Source: a virus
IMG/VR virus record: IMGVR_UViG_3300002460_000021
Location: 34,682 to 98,681 of that record
Direction: 5' to 3' (one strand)
Length of the DNA: 64,000 nucleotides
Made by a program: the position numbers and the translations under genes. The notes under the pieces were generated by a model. That model was given only the letters and a program-made list of their open reading frames with translations. It had not been told where the DNA came from and did no database searches. Below are positions 47,242-57,066 of the stretch, one piece after another. The first letter of the stretch is position 1; each line of letters opens with the position of its first letter.

Positions 47242-48428
47242 CTGATATGTCTCATCTCTATGGGCATTCTTTCGTGCCTAAACCAACGCCCGGCCCATGT
47301 TTCTGTATTAACGTGTGTTAGTTTACAAGTCGGTTCGTTGTCCCCCAGCAGTATCAAGAAGGGTTGCCCCGCTATAGTGGCTGTATTCCACGCGCGCTCA
47401 CATGCCGCGGCGCCCTCTCCAACGGTACGGTCACTATTTAACGTCATATCTCTGTTATCGTGGCCCACGCGCGTGTATTTAAAACGACAGTCTTTGACGA
47501 GCTCGTAAGATGGCTTGTCGGGTTCCGCCGACCACCAAATACGACCGCACCAGTTCTCTCGTAGTTGTTTAATAAAATCTCTGCATAGCGGCTCGTGCCA
47601 AAAATCGAAAATGTGTTTATTGGCTCCGGAGTAGTTCCACTTATCCATATTCCTGTGTTGAAAAATCCGGTACCCCTTGAAGTCACGCTGACACATTGTC
47701 GAATCAAGAGAATAAATTGGGTATGGCGGTATTGAGTATGGAGTATCTAGCCTATGAAAAGCTAACTGGAATGTGCACTTATCGCCATGGATATACCGGT
47801 AATAGAAATCCGAGTGTTCATTGTAATGCCTGGCTAACGATAGCGCCTTCCAGCAGCGCTGCTTGTCTGCAATTACTTGCCCGCTCTCTATCTCCGGCTC
47901 ATCGCGGTAGGGTACTTCGCATATTTGCCAGATGGGCCGCTCTACGCCCAGACGCCCATAGTCAGGCCAGAATATGGCGCCATTCGTTTTGTATTCCTGC
48001 GTATCGAACAAATACGACGGATCGGCGGTTGGGATATTGTCCGCGTCTAATAGTAGTACTTCATTAAATCGTGAGTATAGCAACGCGAACGCCTTCAACT
48101 CCCAGCCGTTGAGATTCTTCATCGGATAAGTTTTAGCGATCTGCTGTGCATTTACACACTCTACGTCTAGTTCTTTGACCACTGCGATCGTAGCGGGATC
48201 CATCTCACATTCGTCCAGATACCACAGCTGGATTGGCAGGCTACACTTAAAGTGCCGCAGCATGTTGATACAGACCCAGGCATTAGTGAATAAACGGGCG
48301 CCGCCGCCACAAATCACTATACCGCGACCGTTAAATAGCTGTGTTGGATATGGGTCTGTATTGGCAATAAAGTCGCTAGCCAGCTTTTGGTATTTTTGAA
48401 TAACGTTGTGTGAATGATGCCAGGTCAT
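47238..48428 (-). CDS. Mnn2/GT71-like glycosyltransferase
   Basis: GRGIVICGGG, LPIQLW, GWELK..A, LLDADN, GAIFWPD, ESGQ, GDK.TF. Confidence 0.85.
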   Translation of the reverse strand: MTWHHSHNVIQKYQKLASDFIANTDPYPTQLFNGRGIVICGGGARLFTNAWVCINMLRHFKCSLPIQLWYLDECEMDPATIAVVKELDVECVNAQQIAKTYPMKNLNGWELKAFALLYSRFNEVLLLDADNIPTADPSYLFDTQEYKTNGAIFWPDYGRLGVERPIWQICEVPYRDEPEIESGQVIADKQRCWKALSLARHYNEHSDFYYRYIHGDKCTFQLAFHRLDTPYSIPPYPIYSLDSTMCQRDFKGYRIFQHRNMDKWNYSGANKHIFDFWHEPLCRDFIKQLRENWCGRIWWSAEPDKPSYELVKDCRFKYTRVGHDNRDMTLNSDRTVGEGAAACERAWNTATIAGQPFLILLGDNEPTCKLTHVNTETWAGRWFRHERMPIEMRHIR

Positions 48429-48430
48429 GG

Positions 48431-49360
48431 TTATCGATCCTTATTGCTGTACTTATCCACAGCTGCGGCAACTTCATCTGGTGTGATCATGGTAAGGCAG
48501 CGAGGTGCCCAGTCATTTAGGCCGACAGCCGCCGGTTGATCGCACAGGCTGTTGTCGTGTGCTTCGCCATCATTAAGTTTAACCGTACGTGACTTCCAGC
48601 AGGCCTTATTAAAACAACACTTTAAGGCACCTACCGTATGTAGTGTAGTCTGCTTGGGGTACTGCACCCACGGCACCGGCTCCCTGCCCCCTAGCAGGCA
48701 CACGTAGGGTTTTTCAAATGCCGCGCACAGGTGTTGCAGAAATGTACTGGGGCCCAGGCCGCCCTCCGCATGATACGCTAATCGAATTAGCTCCCGCGGC
48801 GTGGTTTTTCCTATTTGGTTTATCACACCAGTTAAAGGCGCATGCGTGTGACCGGTCTCTCCAATCTGCACAAACAGCACCTTTCCTGCAAGATTGTTGA
48901 CTACTTCTTGGTAATGTGGGTACCACTTAGCCGTAAAGTCTTTTTTGTAACCGGCATTTATAATCCAGTATGGTACTTTCTTGCCTACAATTTCCTGTAT
49001 GCGGCCTTTCCACGCTTTTTCTTGTTGCGATAAATATACATAAGGCCTATTAACCTTAAGCGGTATGCTTTCACTTAACTGCTCGCTTAGAAACTCACAA
49101 TAAGCCTGCATAAAATGCAGCGGGCGCTGGTCGCTCTGATGAATAGCCGGATAATTCATACGGATTATTCGCGCGGTGCCGTCTGGCCTGGGTGTTATTA
49201 ACGGGTTGTGTTCAAAGATTGCTGGTACGGATACATCTACGCTGATTTTAAACTTATTAGGTATAGCTCGATGAAGACTTTCGATAGCCGCAGTCATCAC
49301 GAGGACATCGCCTGGCGATAACTTGTTTTCTAGTACCAGTGCTTGTGTGGCTGTATCCAC
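48431..49360 (-). CDS. GT9 (ADP-heptose:heptosyltransferase-like) glycosyltransferase
   Basis: SPGD.LVMTAA, HNP, GYKKDFTAKWY, GKTTPRELIRL.YHAEG, HLCAAFEKP, GGREP, Cys-rich C-terminus. Confidence 0.88.
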   Translation of the reverse strand: MDTATQALVLENKLSPGDVLVMTAAIESLHRAIPNKFKISVDVSVPAIFEHNPLITPRPDGTARIIRMNYPAIHQSDQRPLHFMQAYCEFLSEQLSESIPLKVNRPYVYLSQQEKAWKGRIQEIVGKKVPYWIINAGYKKDFTAKWYPHYQEVVNNLAGKVLFVQIGETGHTHAPLTGVINQIGKTTPRELIRLAYHAEGGLGPSTFLQHLCAAFEKPYVCLLGGREPVPWVQYPKQTTLHTVGALKCCFNKACWKSRTVKLNDGEAHDNSLCDQPAAVGLNDWAPRCLTMITPDEVAAAVDKYSNKDR

Positions 49361-49366
49361 GTGTTA

Positions 49367-49948
49367 TCACCCGGGGTATATCACAGCCGGGCCGGTGGAC
49401 GAGCAAGTACCAAAGTTCCATGTCGGATTAGAGAACAGATTAGCGTCATTACAATTTATGTTTATATCCAGAACGGGATCGAATATTAGAATTGCTATTA
49501 TGTCGTTTTCTAGCGCCAGCCGCCATCCGACACCGGCCTGGCAGAAAAAGTGCCAAAATACCGAGCCCTGCTCGGCTCCGACAGCGCATACTTGACTAAA
49601 GTGCGGCCCGCGCCAGCTAGGGTACGGGTCGCCTGGGGTGTACAATAATTCTCTATCTGTTACCACTTGGTTGTTAAGCCCGGAGCACGCTATACAGCCA
49701 GCGCTTGTAAAATCATTGCTAGTCTCAAGTAACCAGACGGCCGGCATAACTATACAGTTAGTGCAGGCGTCGCTTATTGACTCGGTAGCGCCTGACGAGC
49801 TGCTACTAGTGCTTGATGCGCTAGATGACGGACAACAGTTAGTAGGATTAGTTGTGCAACTAACCAGCTGCGCCGCGGCAAGCGCCGGTATGCTAAGAGT
49901 AGCGTATTCCGTAGTAATTCCTATTACGGGCATTATGGTCCGCCCCAA
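49367..49948 (-). CDS. Cys-rich virion-associated protein with poly-Ser linker
   Basis: CTTNPTNCC followed by a Ser run. Confidence 0.6.
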   Translation of the reverse strand: MGRTIMPVIGITTEYATLSIPALAAAQLVSCTTNPTNCCPSSSASSTSSSSSGATESISDACTNCIVMPAVWLLETSNDFTSAGCIACSGLNNQVVTDRELLYTPGDPYPSWRGPHFSQVCAVGAEQGSVFWHFFCQAGVGWRLALENDIIAILIFDPVLDININCNDANLFSNPTWNFGTCSSTGPAVIYPG

Positions 49949-51021
49949 TACATGCTTAATACCATATCATCGGTTAGTTCGTCACACTTAGTTGTACGTA
50001 TGTTGGTCAGCCACCAACTCTGTTCAAACGGCACTGTTCCACCGCTGACTAGCTCGCCGACGGCTATAGCGCTGACTGGGCTACCTACACCAAATATTCC
50101 TGTTGAGATAAAGGGAGCGCCATCCAGGCTTAGCTTAATAACTGTATGATCTTGGTTTATGACAGCTACGGCTAAATGCCAGCTGTCGGCCGCAACAGTT
50201 GCGGGGAATTCTAAGGCTATGCCGGGATCAATAGTAAACTTTAATTTTTGCGATACTGTGTCGACACGTAAGTCATATGCGCCCGGGGCGGACAAAATAC
50301 CAAACGTGGATGACGTTAAAAACGCCCTTGAGTCGCAACGGAACCAGGCAACGATAGATAGCGCATGACTTGTGAGCGGGCCGGGGCTTAGCTCCCACTC
50401 TGAATTTAACGGACGCGTAAACGGGTGCGTAAATGAATTATCTGGCGGCGGCGTGTAATCGAAACGCGTACCAGAGGCGCCGTCGATAGTGTCTAACGTT
50501 GAAGGATAGAGGGGACCAGGACTTTGCTGTGGTGCGAAGAGCGTCTGATCTATCGGATTATAAGTATAGTCTATTTGGTCGGCGCCCGTGCCGTCGGTCA
50601 TAGTCCAGTATGCGATGTTATATGGTGCACATGGTCCTAGCGGATCCGTTGAACTACTGGACGACGGCGATCCAGCAGCAGAAGACGACGACACAGAGCT
50701 CGCCGATACGGAGCTCGCCGATACGGAGCTTACTGACGAGCTCGATAGGCTAAAGCAATTAGTAGGATTGAGATTACACGCCGCGCCAGACAACGTTGTA
50801 CCGGCCGGGAATCTAAAAGTGGTTATTTCTACAAGATAGCCAGTGACGAGCTGTGACATGCCTCCAGCTGACGATGACGACGACGTACCGCCGCAGCAGC
50901 CGCCAGGGCTGGCGACAGACGAGTAGCCCAGTAAAGCGGCGCCTATTGGTAGGTGTAAATTGGAGATCTCCAGGCTGTGTCCCGAGAGACCTCCGCCGCC
51001 GCCTGAGGAGGAGGATGGCAT
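49933..51021 (-). CDS. Poly-Ser linker protein with C-terminal LamG/ConA-like domain
   Basis: Several Ser runs; SIVAWF, WHLAVAV, LSLDG are LamG-like motifs. Confidence 0.7.
   Translation of the reverse strand: MPSSSSGGGGGLSGHSLEISNLHLPIGAALLGYSSVASPGGCCGGTSSSSSAGGMSQLVTGYLVEITTFRFPAGTTLSGAACNLNPTNCFSLSSSSVSSVSASSVSASSVSSSSAAGSPSSSSSTDPLGPCAPYNIAYWTMTDGTGADQIDYTYNPIDQTLFAPQQSPGPLYPSTLDTIDGASGTRFDYTPPPDNSFTHPFTRPLNSEWELSPGPLTSHALSIVAWFRCDSRAFLTSSTFGILSAPGAYDLRVDTVSQKLKFTIDPGIALEFPATVAADSWHLAVAVINQDHTVIKLSLDGAPFISTGIFGVGSPVSAIAVGELVSGGTVPFEQSWWLTNIRTTKCDELTDDMVLSMYWGGP
50696..50730. repeat. 15-bp tandem repeat encoding VSASS
   Basis: GAGCTCGCCGATACG x2.3. Confidence 0.85.
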
Positions 51022-51103
51022 TGTTATTGGCCGGGCCTTGTTGACTATTAGTTGGCTGCAGGCTAAATTACTTAATAATCTACATTGTCTTGGAGCCGCA
51101 CTT

Positions 51104-51622
51104 ATGCACGAAGTATGGTGTCCTATAGTTAATTATGAGAATTCTTACGAAGTTAGTACTTATGGTAGAGTAAGGAGCACTCGTTTCAAAAACGGAAGCT
51201 GGCCCGGGCGGCCACTAAAACAACAACTAAAAATAAACGGATATTTACAAGTATGTTTGTGTAATAATAGTCATCAGCGCCATGTATCTGTGCATAGGCT
51301 TGTTGCTGAAACATTCCTGCCTACCCCGTTAAAAAATAGGGTGGTTGTAAATCATATAGACGGCAATAAAACTAATAATCATGCGTCTAACCTGGAATGG
51401 GTAACCTGCAAAGAAAATTCACAGCATGACATTAGAGTTCTAGGTCATGCGCGTGACGGCGAAAATAGCCCGCTGGCTAAGTTGACTAACCATGAGGTTG
51501 TGAATATACGCAAACTATACGCCTCCGGCAATTTAAGTTATCGTAAACTTTCTTCGCAATTTAATATTTCCAAACCAACTATTAAAGACATTATTAAGCG
51601 ACGAACTTGGCGTCATATTTAA
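51104..51622 (+). CDS. Free-standing NUMOD4-HNH homing endonuclease
   Basis: EVW.PI..YE..YEVS.YGRVRS, VHRLVAETF, VNHIDGNKTNN..SNLEW, C-terminal HTH; AT-rich and antisense to its neighbours. Confidence 0.93.
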   Translation: MHEVWCPIVNYENSYEVSTYGRVRSTRFKNGSWPGRPLKQQLKINGYLQVCLCNNSHQRHVSVHRLVAETFLPTPLKNRVVVNHIDGNKTNNHASNLEWVTCKENSQHDIRVLGHARDGENSPLAKLTNHEVVNIRKLYASGNLSYRKLSSQFNISKPTIKDIIKRRTWRHI

Positions 51623-51674
51623 ATTAGCTAACTCAGCTCGCACAGGTAACTACTGTGCCTGTATATAAAACCAA

Positions 51675-52031
51675 CTACGAAATTCTGTTACAAAATCCAA
51701 TAATATTTAGAGCGCTGGCTGTACCGCTAAACGCCTTAACATTCAAAGAATTATTTAGAACCTGCCCGGTAGCGATAGGTATCGGCGGGCTGTTGGGCGG
51801 TATCGACGTAGTTTTACAAAGATGATCGCCCGGGTCCGTGACACCGCCAAATTCAATTACCAACGTTGCCGCAGTTCCGGTAACGTTGGATACCCACAAA
51901 TATATTTCATCAAAGCCTGTGGTGCCGGCTACCGCGGCATGAATTTGTGTCCCGGGTGTGGCAGTAGCTGCTACAGGAATTGGTTTACCGTTAGTGCTTC
52001 CAGAAAGTAAAACGCGCGAATAAGTAGCCAT
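51675..52031 (-). CDS. Small virion protein
   Basis: MATYSRVLLSGSTNGKPI...DEIYLW phage structural-type pattern. Confidence 0.7.
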   Translation of the reverse strand: MATYSRVLLSGSTNGKPIPVAATATPGTQIHAAVAGTTGFDEIYLWVSNVTGTAATLVIEFGGVTDPGDHLCKTTSIPPNSPPIPIATGQVLNNSLNVKAFSGTASALNIIGFCNRIS

Positions 52032-52046
52032 TCGACCTCCGTGTCG

Positions 52047-52544
52047 TTAAAAGCCAAAGATCATGTTAGCAAGAACATTATTAGCCGTATCGACGTTAAC
52101 AGTAGGATTCGGATATGTGCCGCTCAAATCTCCACCAGCGGCGCCTGTGGGCGTACGTGCGTCAGATAACCTGGCGTCATTTCCAGCGCAAGCTTGCGTG
52201 GATCCCGTGCCTAGTGTACGTATAGAAGGTACCGCTGCTAGCCCGTCATTGTTTGCCGCGGCAATGTGGCTATCTGTAATACTGTTAGCGATGATGATTG
52301 CTGAAATACTAGGTACGGCGTCCAGGTACGTAAAATCGATCGTTGCACTATCTACTAGTATCGTGCCTACGGCATCTTGTGCTTGTTCATCAGTATAAGA
52401 AGCGCCGCCAATTTCATGGTTGATCCCGCCGTAACCAATAAAAAATTGGAACGTATCCGAGGTAACCCCCGGCTCGCCGTCCGCCAACACTGGCAGTCCC
52501 GCGAATGTACCTCGTTTAAATCTAAGGGGATTAGCCATTACCAC
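52047..52544 (-). CDS. Fibre-like protein
   Basis: KRGT..LP.LADGEPG..DT fibre N-terminal motif; GNDARLSDARTP; AGGDLSGTYPNP. Confidence 0.7.
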   Translation of the reverse strand: MVMANPLRFKRGTFAGLPVLADGEPGVTSDTFQFFIGYGGINHEIGGASYTDEQAQDAVGTILVDSATIDFTYLDAVPSISAIIIANSITDSHIAAANNDGLAAVPSIRTLGTGSTQACAGNDARLSDARTPTGAAGGDLSGTYPNPTVNVDTANNVLANMIFGF

Positions 52545-52975
52545 GTCCCCCCATCAATAGTGTCGCCGGCTAATATGGCAACTACGCCTGTAATAGTTCC
52601 TCCAGATAACCCAAGGACTTGAGTACCCGTAGGCGCAGCGCCTAGAGGCACCGGGGAAGGATCGGTAAACGTTAAACTTGACACCGTGGGATCTGGGTAA
52701 GTGCCGCCAAGGTCTCCTCCAGCAGGGGTGCCCGCCACGATATAGCTATTAGCATCATCAAATATCGGGCAAACATTAGTTACTACACTAATTTCTACGA
52801 ACGCCGCGCTGGCGGCCGATGGTGCCGCGCACGTAGGATATGTCGAAGCTCCAGCTATACTTCCGTCAGTAAGGGCTGGAAGACACGGGCACGGTATGGC
52901 ACCAAGCAGCGGGTCGGCCGATAATGACGACAACGGATCTGTGGTAATATCATCGCTCATAACACTTATCGCCAA
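52538..52975 (-). CDS. Fibre-associated protein
   Basis: AGGDLGGTYPDP motif; ends IDGGTW. Confidence 0.65.
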   Translation of the reverse strand: MAISVMSDDITTDPLSSLSADPLLGAIPCPCLPALTDGSIAGASTYPTCAAPSAASAAFVEISVVTNVCPIFDDANSYIVAGTPAGGDLGGTYPDPTVSSLTFTDPSPVPLGAAPTGTQVLGLSGGTITGVVAILAGDTIDGGTW

Positions 52976-53003
52976 GATACCGCCGCCTTAAGGCGACGAC
53001 TGT

Positions 53004-54383
53004 TTACAGGTCTATCTCGTATACGCCGTATTGCGGAGGAACGATTAACCGCAGCAGGGTTGTTCGTAGCGTCTGATCGAGAGCACTGGTACCGAATGAG
53101 GTTGATTTAAACTTAATGACGATAGCCGCGTTACGCAATACGTTAGAAACTAGGAAGTTGAGTGGATTAATAACAGACGGAAGGCTATTGACGTCCGGGT
53201 CGCCGACTTGTTGTGCTGGTGCACGCAGGTCTAGTAGCTGCGCCAGGGTTCTAGCGCCAGCTGCTGTACCGTTCGTATGTACGGTATCCCAAAACAAAGT
53301 CTCATCGCCAGCGACGCCTCCTAACGAGAATTGTACCTTCGTTCGACTAGCGACAGTCGATACCTGCAGCGCAACATCGGCGTTTGTGAAAGTCAATCCG
53401 CCAACATAGCCGCCATTTAGTTGTGTAACCGGCAATGTCAGGCTAGCTAATGTACCTGCGGACGGTGTTCCAGCGCCTAGGTCTATTATCTTAACGGCGT
53501 CGGTTATTTGCGCCCCCTGGCTAAGAACCTGGCCGACGCTGACTATTACGTTCGCTGCGCTGCCACAGACATAAACATTCTTATCAGTAATAACTAGCTT
53601 ACGATCCGTCTCTGTAGTTACGTCGATTACTGTTTCGGTCGCCGTCAACACTATCGGAGCATCGCAGAACGAGGCTAGTGCACGGTCTAGTTGTAGACGG
53701 CATGTTCCTACTAGCAGAGCATCCCACAGCGCGTTTAAAAGATCCTTGTATTGCTCTGAGGTAGCCAGTTCTACGCCTAAGATGTAGCCAAACTGTTTAA
53801 GCAGGTAGCTACGATCAAAGTCAGCAGCAAAGAACCACAGAGTCAACTCTCGGTCAACAATCCCGCCGGCCGCGTTATAAAACAGCTCCTGATCAAGCCG
53901 CGAATCGGCAAATGGGTTGCTAAGGAAGCGGATACGGCCGCCACCGGTATCAATCATGTAATCGACATCCGTAGCCCACACCAGCGTAGGTGCCACAGCG
54001 TTATTGACAATTAACGGCGCCAGCGTCATATCTGCCGGCAGAGCGTAATCGAATACATGGTTATTGAGCGTGGTGCTGGCAGACGCACCCAGGCCGTCGC
54101 TAGCCTGGTATGTAAGGCGCTCATCTACTAGTAACTCAGACTGTTTAATTGTTAGTGGCTGCCAACGAATACGCTGATATAGCGGGGCTCCTGTCAATCC
54201 TGTCAGCTGATTACATTCTTGCAAGTTATTGCGTGTTTGATACTCTGCTTCTCCTCGAGCCTGTGCATATGTAGCAATTACATCGGCGCCCTCGTACAGC
54301 CCCGACCAGAATGTGCCAATTATATCTAATAGCTGCTGCGGCAGTACGAGTTGTGCCGTCAAGTCGGTTATATCCGTTGCCAT
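53004..54383 (-). CDS. Probable baseplate wedge protein
   Basis: Long ORF between the baseplate J gene and the fibre genes; start MATDITDL. Confidence 0.55.
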   Translation of the reverse strand: MATDITDLTAQLVLPQQLLDIIGTFWSGLYEGADVIATYAQARGEAEYQTRNNLQECNQLTGLTGAPLYQRIRWQPLTIKQSELLVDERLTYQASDGLGASASTTLNNHVFDYALPADMTLAPLIVNNAVAPTLVWATDVDYMIDTGGGRIRFLSNPFADSRLDQELFYNAAGGIVDRELTLWFFAADFDRSYLLKQFGYILGVELATSEQYKDLLNALWDALLVGTCRLQLDRALASFCDAPIVLTATETVIDVTTETDRKLVITDKNVYVCGSAANVIVSVGQVLSQGAQITDAVKIIDLGAGTPSAGTLASLTLPVTQLNGGYVGGLTFTNADVALQVSTVASRTKVQFSLGGVAGDETLFWDTVHTNGTAAGARTLAQLLDLRAPAQQVGDPDVNSLPSVINPLNFLVSNVLRNAAIVIKFKSTSFGTSALDQTLRTTLLRLIVPPQYGVYEIDL

Positions 54384-54446
54384 TCCGCACCAATTAAAAG
54401 GGCGTGCGCGGCGGGCCCGTGAACACCGCAGCGCACGCCACAAGAT

Positions 54447-54460
54447 AATATCCGGATATT
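54447..54460. repeat. AATATCCGGATATT palindrome, copy 8
   Basis: Exact match, 2 nt past the stop of 54463-54888. Confidence 0.97.
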
Positions 54461-54462
54461 AC

Positions 54463-54888
54463 TTAGCGACCGATACGAACACGATCGATACGCGTTGCCC
54501 CGAACAAGCCCTGCCGAATGATTGTTCGTTCACGAACGATGCGCGGGCGCACACCGACCACTACAGCACCAGATCGCACTACGACCGCGGACGACCCAAA
54601 TACACCGAAGCTAGAACGGCTGGAGAAAAACGTAGATGTAAACGGGAAACCCACGACCGCCGGAGTAGATACGACAAATGGTGCCGCCACAACCGCAGGC
54701 GGCGCACTAAAGACCACAGGAGCAGCCACGGATACCGTAGGCACAAATGTTGGAACAGCTACAGCCGCAAAAGAAACGTTCGGGACTGCCACTACGCCAA
54801 CGCTCGAAAACACAACACCACGATTACAGGCCAGGGCGGGCGCTGCTGCGCAAGCCAGGACCAGAAGAACTGCAACAAACCTCTTCAT
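54463..54888 (-). CDS. Exported Val/Ala/Pro-rich low-complexity protein
   Basis: Signal peptide MKRFVAVLLVLACAAAPALA-C; Arg-rich tail. Confidence 0.7.
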   Translation of the reverse strand: MKRFVAVLLVLACAAAPALACNRGVVFSSVGVVAVPNVSFAAVAVPTFVPTVSVAAPVVFSAPPAVVAAPFVVSTPAVVGFPFTSTFFSSRSSFGVFGSSAVVVRSGAVVVGVRPRIVRERTIIRQGLFGATRIDRVRIGR

Positions 54889-54934
54889 GACATCGTCTCC
54901 TCTGAATATTCGACCAATACTCTACACATTTATC

Positions 54935-55531
54935 TTACCGTCTTGTGGACAGTTGAGACAAGATAGCAAGTTCACGCATGGAAACCGCATATACGGAATG
55001 CGTATCGCCCTTGGCAGCTGGCGGCATTTGCGCCGTACGGCTAGTGTCTAGGATCTTATCTACTGTAATGTTAGGCGCATACGCCCCGGCTACGTTAAAC
55101 AAAGAGACCCCGCCTTTGCCGGCTCCTGTGTGACACGTACTGCAGCGATTACGCAGCACGGAAATGGCCGTAAAGGTTTCAGGCGACTGAATAGACAGAG
55201 ATGGCAGCGCCTCTACTACAGCCGGCGGGCCGTCACCATCTGTTTGCTCTCTGATAATTGCCTCTAGGCGCTCGCGTATTAGCTGGTCAATGCGGCTAGT
55301 TTCTGTTTCTACAGGCGCTGCAGTAGCGACGGCTGCTGGTTGCAGCGCAGGCAGATACGAAAATTGATACGCTGGAACAAGGATAGGCACAGCGACCGGA
55401 ACTACTACATCCGCGACTGCCACTACCTGGTTATGTACGACGTTAGATCGGCACACGCCCGCATTGCTGTTGTCCGGGCAGCACAGGCAAATACAGGCTA
55501 GCGCGGCAATAAATAAGTAACGCATGTTCAT
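54935..55531 (-). CDS. Exported protein with planctomycete-type cytochrome c domain
   Basis: Signal peptide; LRNRCSTCH heme motif; downstream MPP. Confidence 0.75.
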   Translation of the reverse strand: MNMRYLFIAALACICLCCPDNSNAGVCRSNVVHNQVVAVADVVVPVAVPILVPAYQFSYLPALQPAAVATAAPVETETSRIDQLIRERLEAIIREQTDGDGPPAVVEALPSLSIQSPETFTAISVLRNRCSTCHTGAGKGGVSLFNVAGAYAPNITVDKILDTSRTAQMPPAAKGDTHSVYAVSMRELAILSQLSTRR

Positions 55532-57051
55532 TTACCTTTACTTTGACCAAGCAAGTAAATCATTAAATTAGGGAATGCCGAGCGCTCCCACTGATCACGA
55601 CGTACTAACTGAGGAGGTTGCTGCAAGCGCCCCACAAGGCGCGGATCCAGGTTTACGCCCTTACGCAGGGCCTCATCTATTGTTTTTACATCACAGCCGG
55701 CTTCTTGCGCTATAGTAACCGTGGTCAGTGAGACATCTAAATGTTGGTGAGTATATTCACTCATTGCCGCGCTAAGCTCAGCAGGAGTTAGCCCGCAAGC
55801 GGCCATGACGGCTTTGGCGTAGAATGCTTGGTCGTATGCCACCACTTCTGCTATATCTACGCTAATTTGATCAGTAACACGCCTGTACAGCTTCTCATCA
55901 GCAATAAGCAGGGCCAGCTTATCTCGGCTCATCTCACGGATACTATCTCTAATAGGCCTAAATCCTTTAACCGCGGCATGGCACATCATGCAATTACGTG
56001 CGACCCAGATTTGCTTATCCTTTAATGGTGTTACGTAGTCTTGCGCTATATTAGGATCCGCTACATCAAGTCGCTTGCCCTCCGCGTTAACTACGAAGTA
56101 AGCAGATAAACCATTACGTAAAGTAGCGATAATTTCCTTGGCGTCAGGCTTATCATTAAATAGGTTTAGTAAGACGTCTTTCTCGTCGACCGAGTCTAGG
56201 AAGTCATAAGATGTCCATTTAGAACCCCCAACAACGCCGGACAGCGTAGGCTCGCGTAGCAGGAAGCGGTTGTGGCTAGCTACATCTGAAAGCGTTACCG
56301 CGCCTCTGATTTCTTGTTTCTTACCCTTCGTAGGTTCAGCTAGCGCTAGTATGTCGAAGTCTGCTTCTGTTTTGCCGAGGCCGAGAAAGTCGTAGTACCG
56401 CGGCGCCCAAGTAGCATAAACTATAAACCAGTCAGCTCGTAAAATAGGATTTTTAGTTCTGGTGGCTGTAATAAGCGAGCTTATCGCTTTACCACCATCT
56501 AGGGCCACCCATGGCGCAGAGGCCACTGTTTTTACCCGGCGTCGTCCAGATTCAACCTGTTGAACTTCGTACTGCGGACGTCTAAAGTTGTCGTAGCCGA
56601 CAACAACTTGTTTTTCTTCGTACTCAATCTCGTCTTGCGTAACCGCTGTATGAAAATACGGATCGCCGCGCGGCGTGGGCCCGCTTCCCTTTTCAGCTAG
56701 GTCGTCCCAGCTTTTAGCTGACCACGTGTAATCGCGACAGTCTATCCGCAATAGCCACGGATTGTCTTCTTTTGGCAAAGCTACCGGTATTTTAAGGCTA
56801 CGCTCTCGACTAAGAGAATTAGCAACGAAAGACACTACTGCTGCAAGACGACGGCGTTCGGTAGCACTAGGAATGTGGTACAGCGACAAATATCGTGTGT
56901 ATGGTTGTACGGCTAACGGCACGGCTGCGGAATCTGCAGCCGCGCGTTGTACGCTCGTATACGGCGATTCAATGGCCCCGGCAATTACGGGTTGCGCAAT
57001 TGCCGGGGCAATATAGATCAGCCAGACACAGGCGGCAATAACTAGCCGCAT
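55528..57051 (-). CDS. Exported protein with CxxCH heme motif
   Basis: Signal peptide; RYLSL, LRADWF, HNR, EII..LRNG, CMMCH. Confidence 0.7.
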   Translation of the reverse strand: MRLVIAACVWLIYIAPAIAQPVIAGAIESPYTSVQRAAADSAAVPLAVQPYTRYLSLYHIPSATERRRLAAVVSFVANSLSRERSLKIPVALPKEDNPWLLRIDCRDYTWSAKSWDDLAEKGSGPTPRGDPYFHTAVTQDEIEYEEKQVVVGYDNFRRPQYEVQQVESGRRRVKTVASAPWVALDGGKAISSLITATRTKNPILRADWFIVYATWAPRYYDFLGLGKTEADFDILALAEPTKGKKQEIRGAVTLSDVASHNRFLLREPTLSGVVGGSKWTSYDFLDSVDEKDVLLNLFNDKPDAKEIIATLRNGLSAYFVVNAEGKRLDVADPNIAQDYVTPLKDKQIWVARNCMMCHAAVKGFRPIRDSIREMSRDKLALLIADEKLYRRVTDQISVDIAEVVAYDQAFYAKAVMAACGLTPAELSAAMSEYTHQHLDVSLTTVTIAQEAGCDVKTIDEALRKGVNLDPRLVGRLQQPPQLVRRDQWERSAFPNLMIYLLGQSKGK

Positions 57052-57066
57052 AGGACGTCCTTTCTA

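Noticed and set aside
51022-51674. Group I intron surrounding the NUMOD4-HNH gene
   Set aside because: The flanks are only ~50-80 nt, too short for a ribozyme core, and the neighbouring genes look intact.
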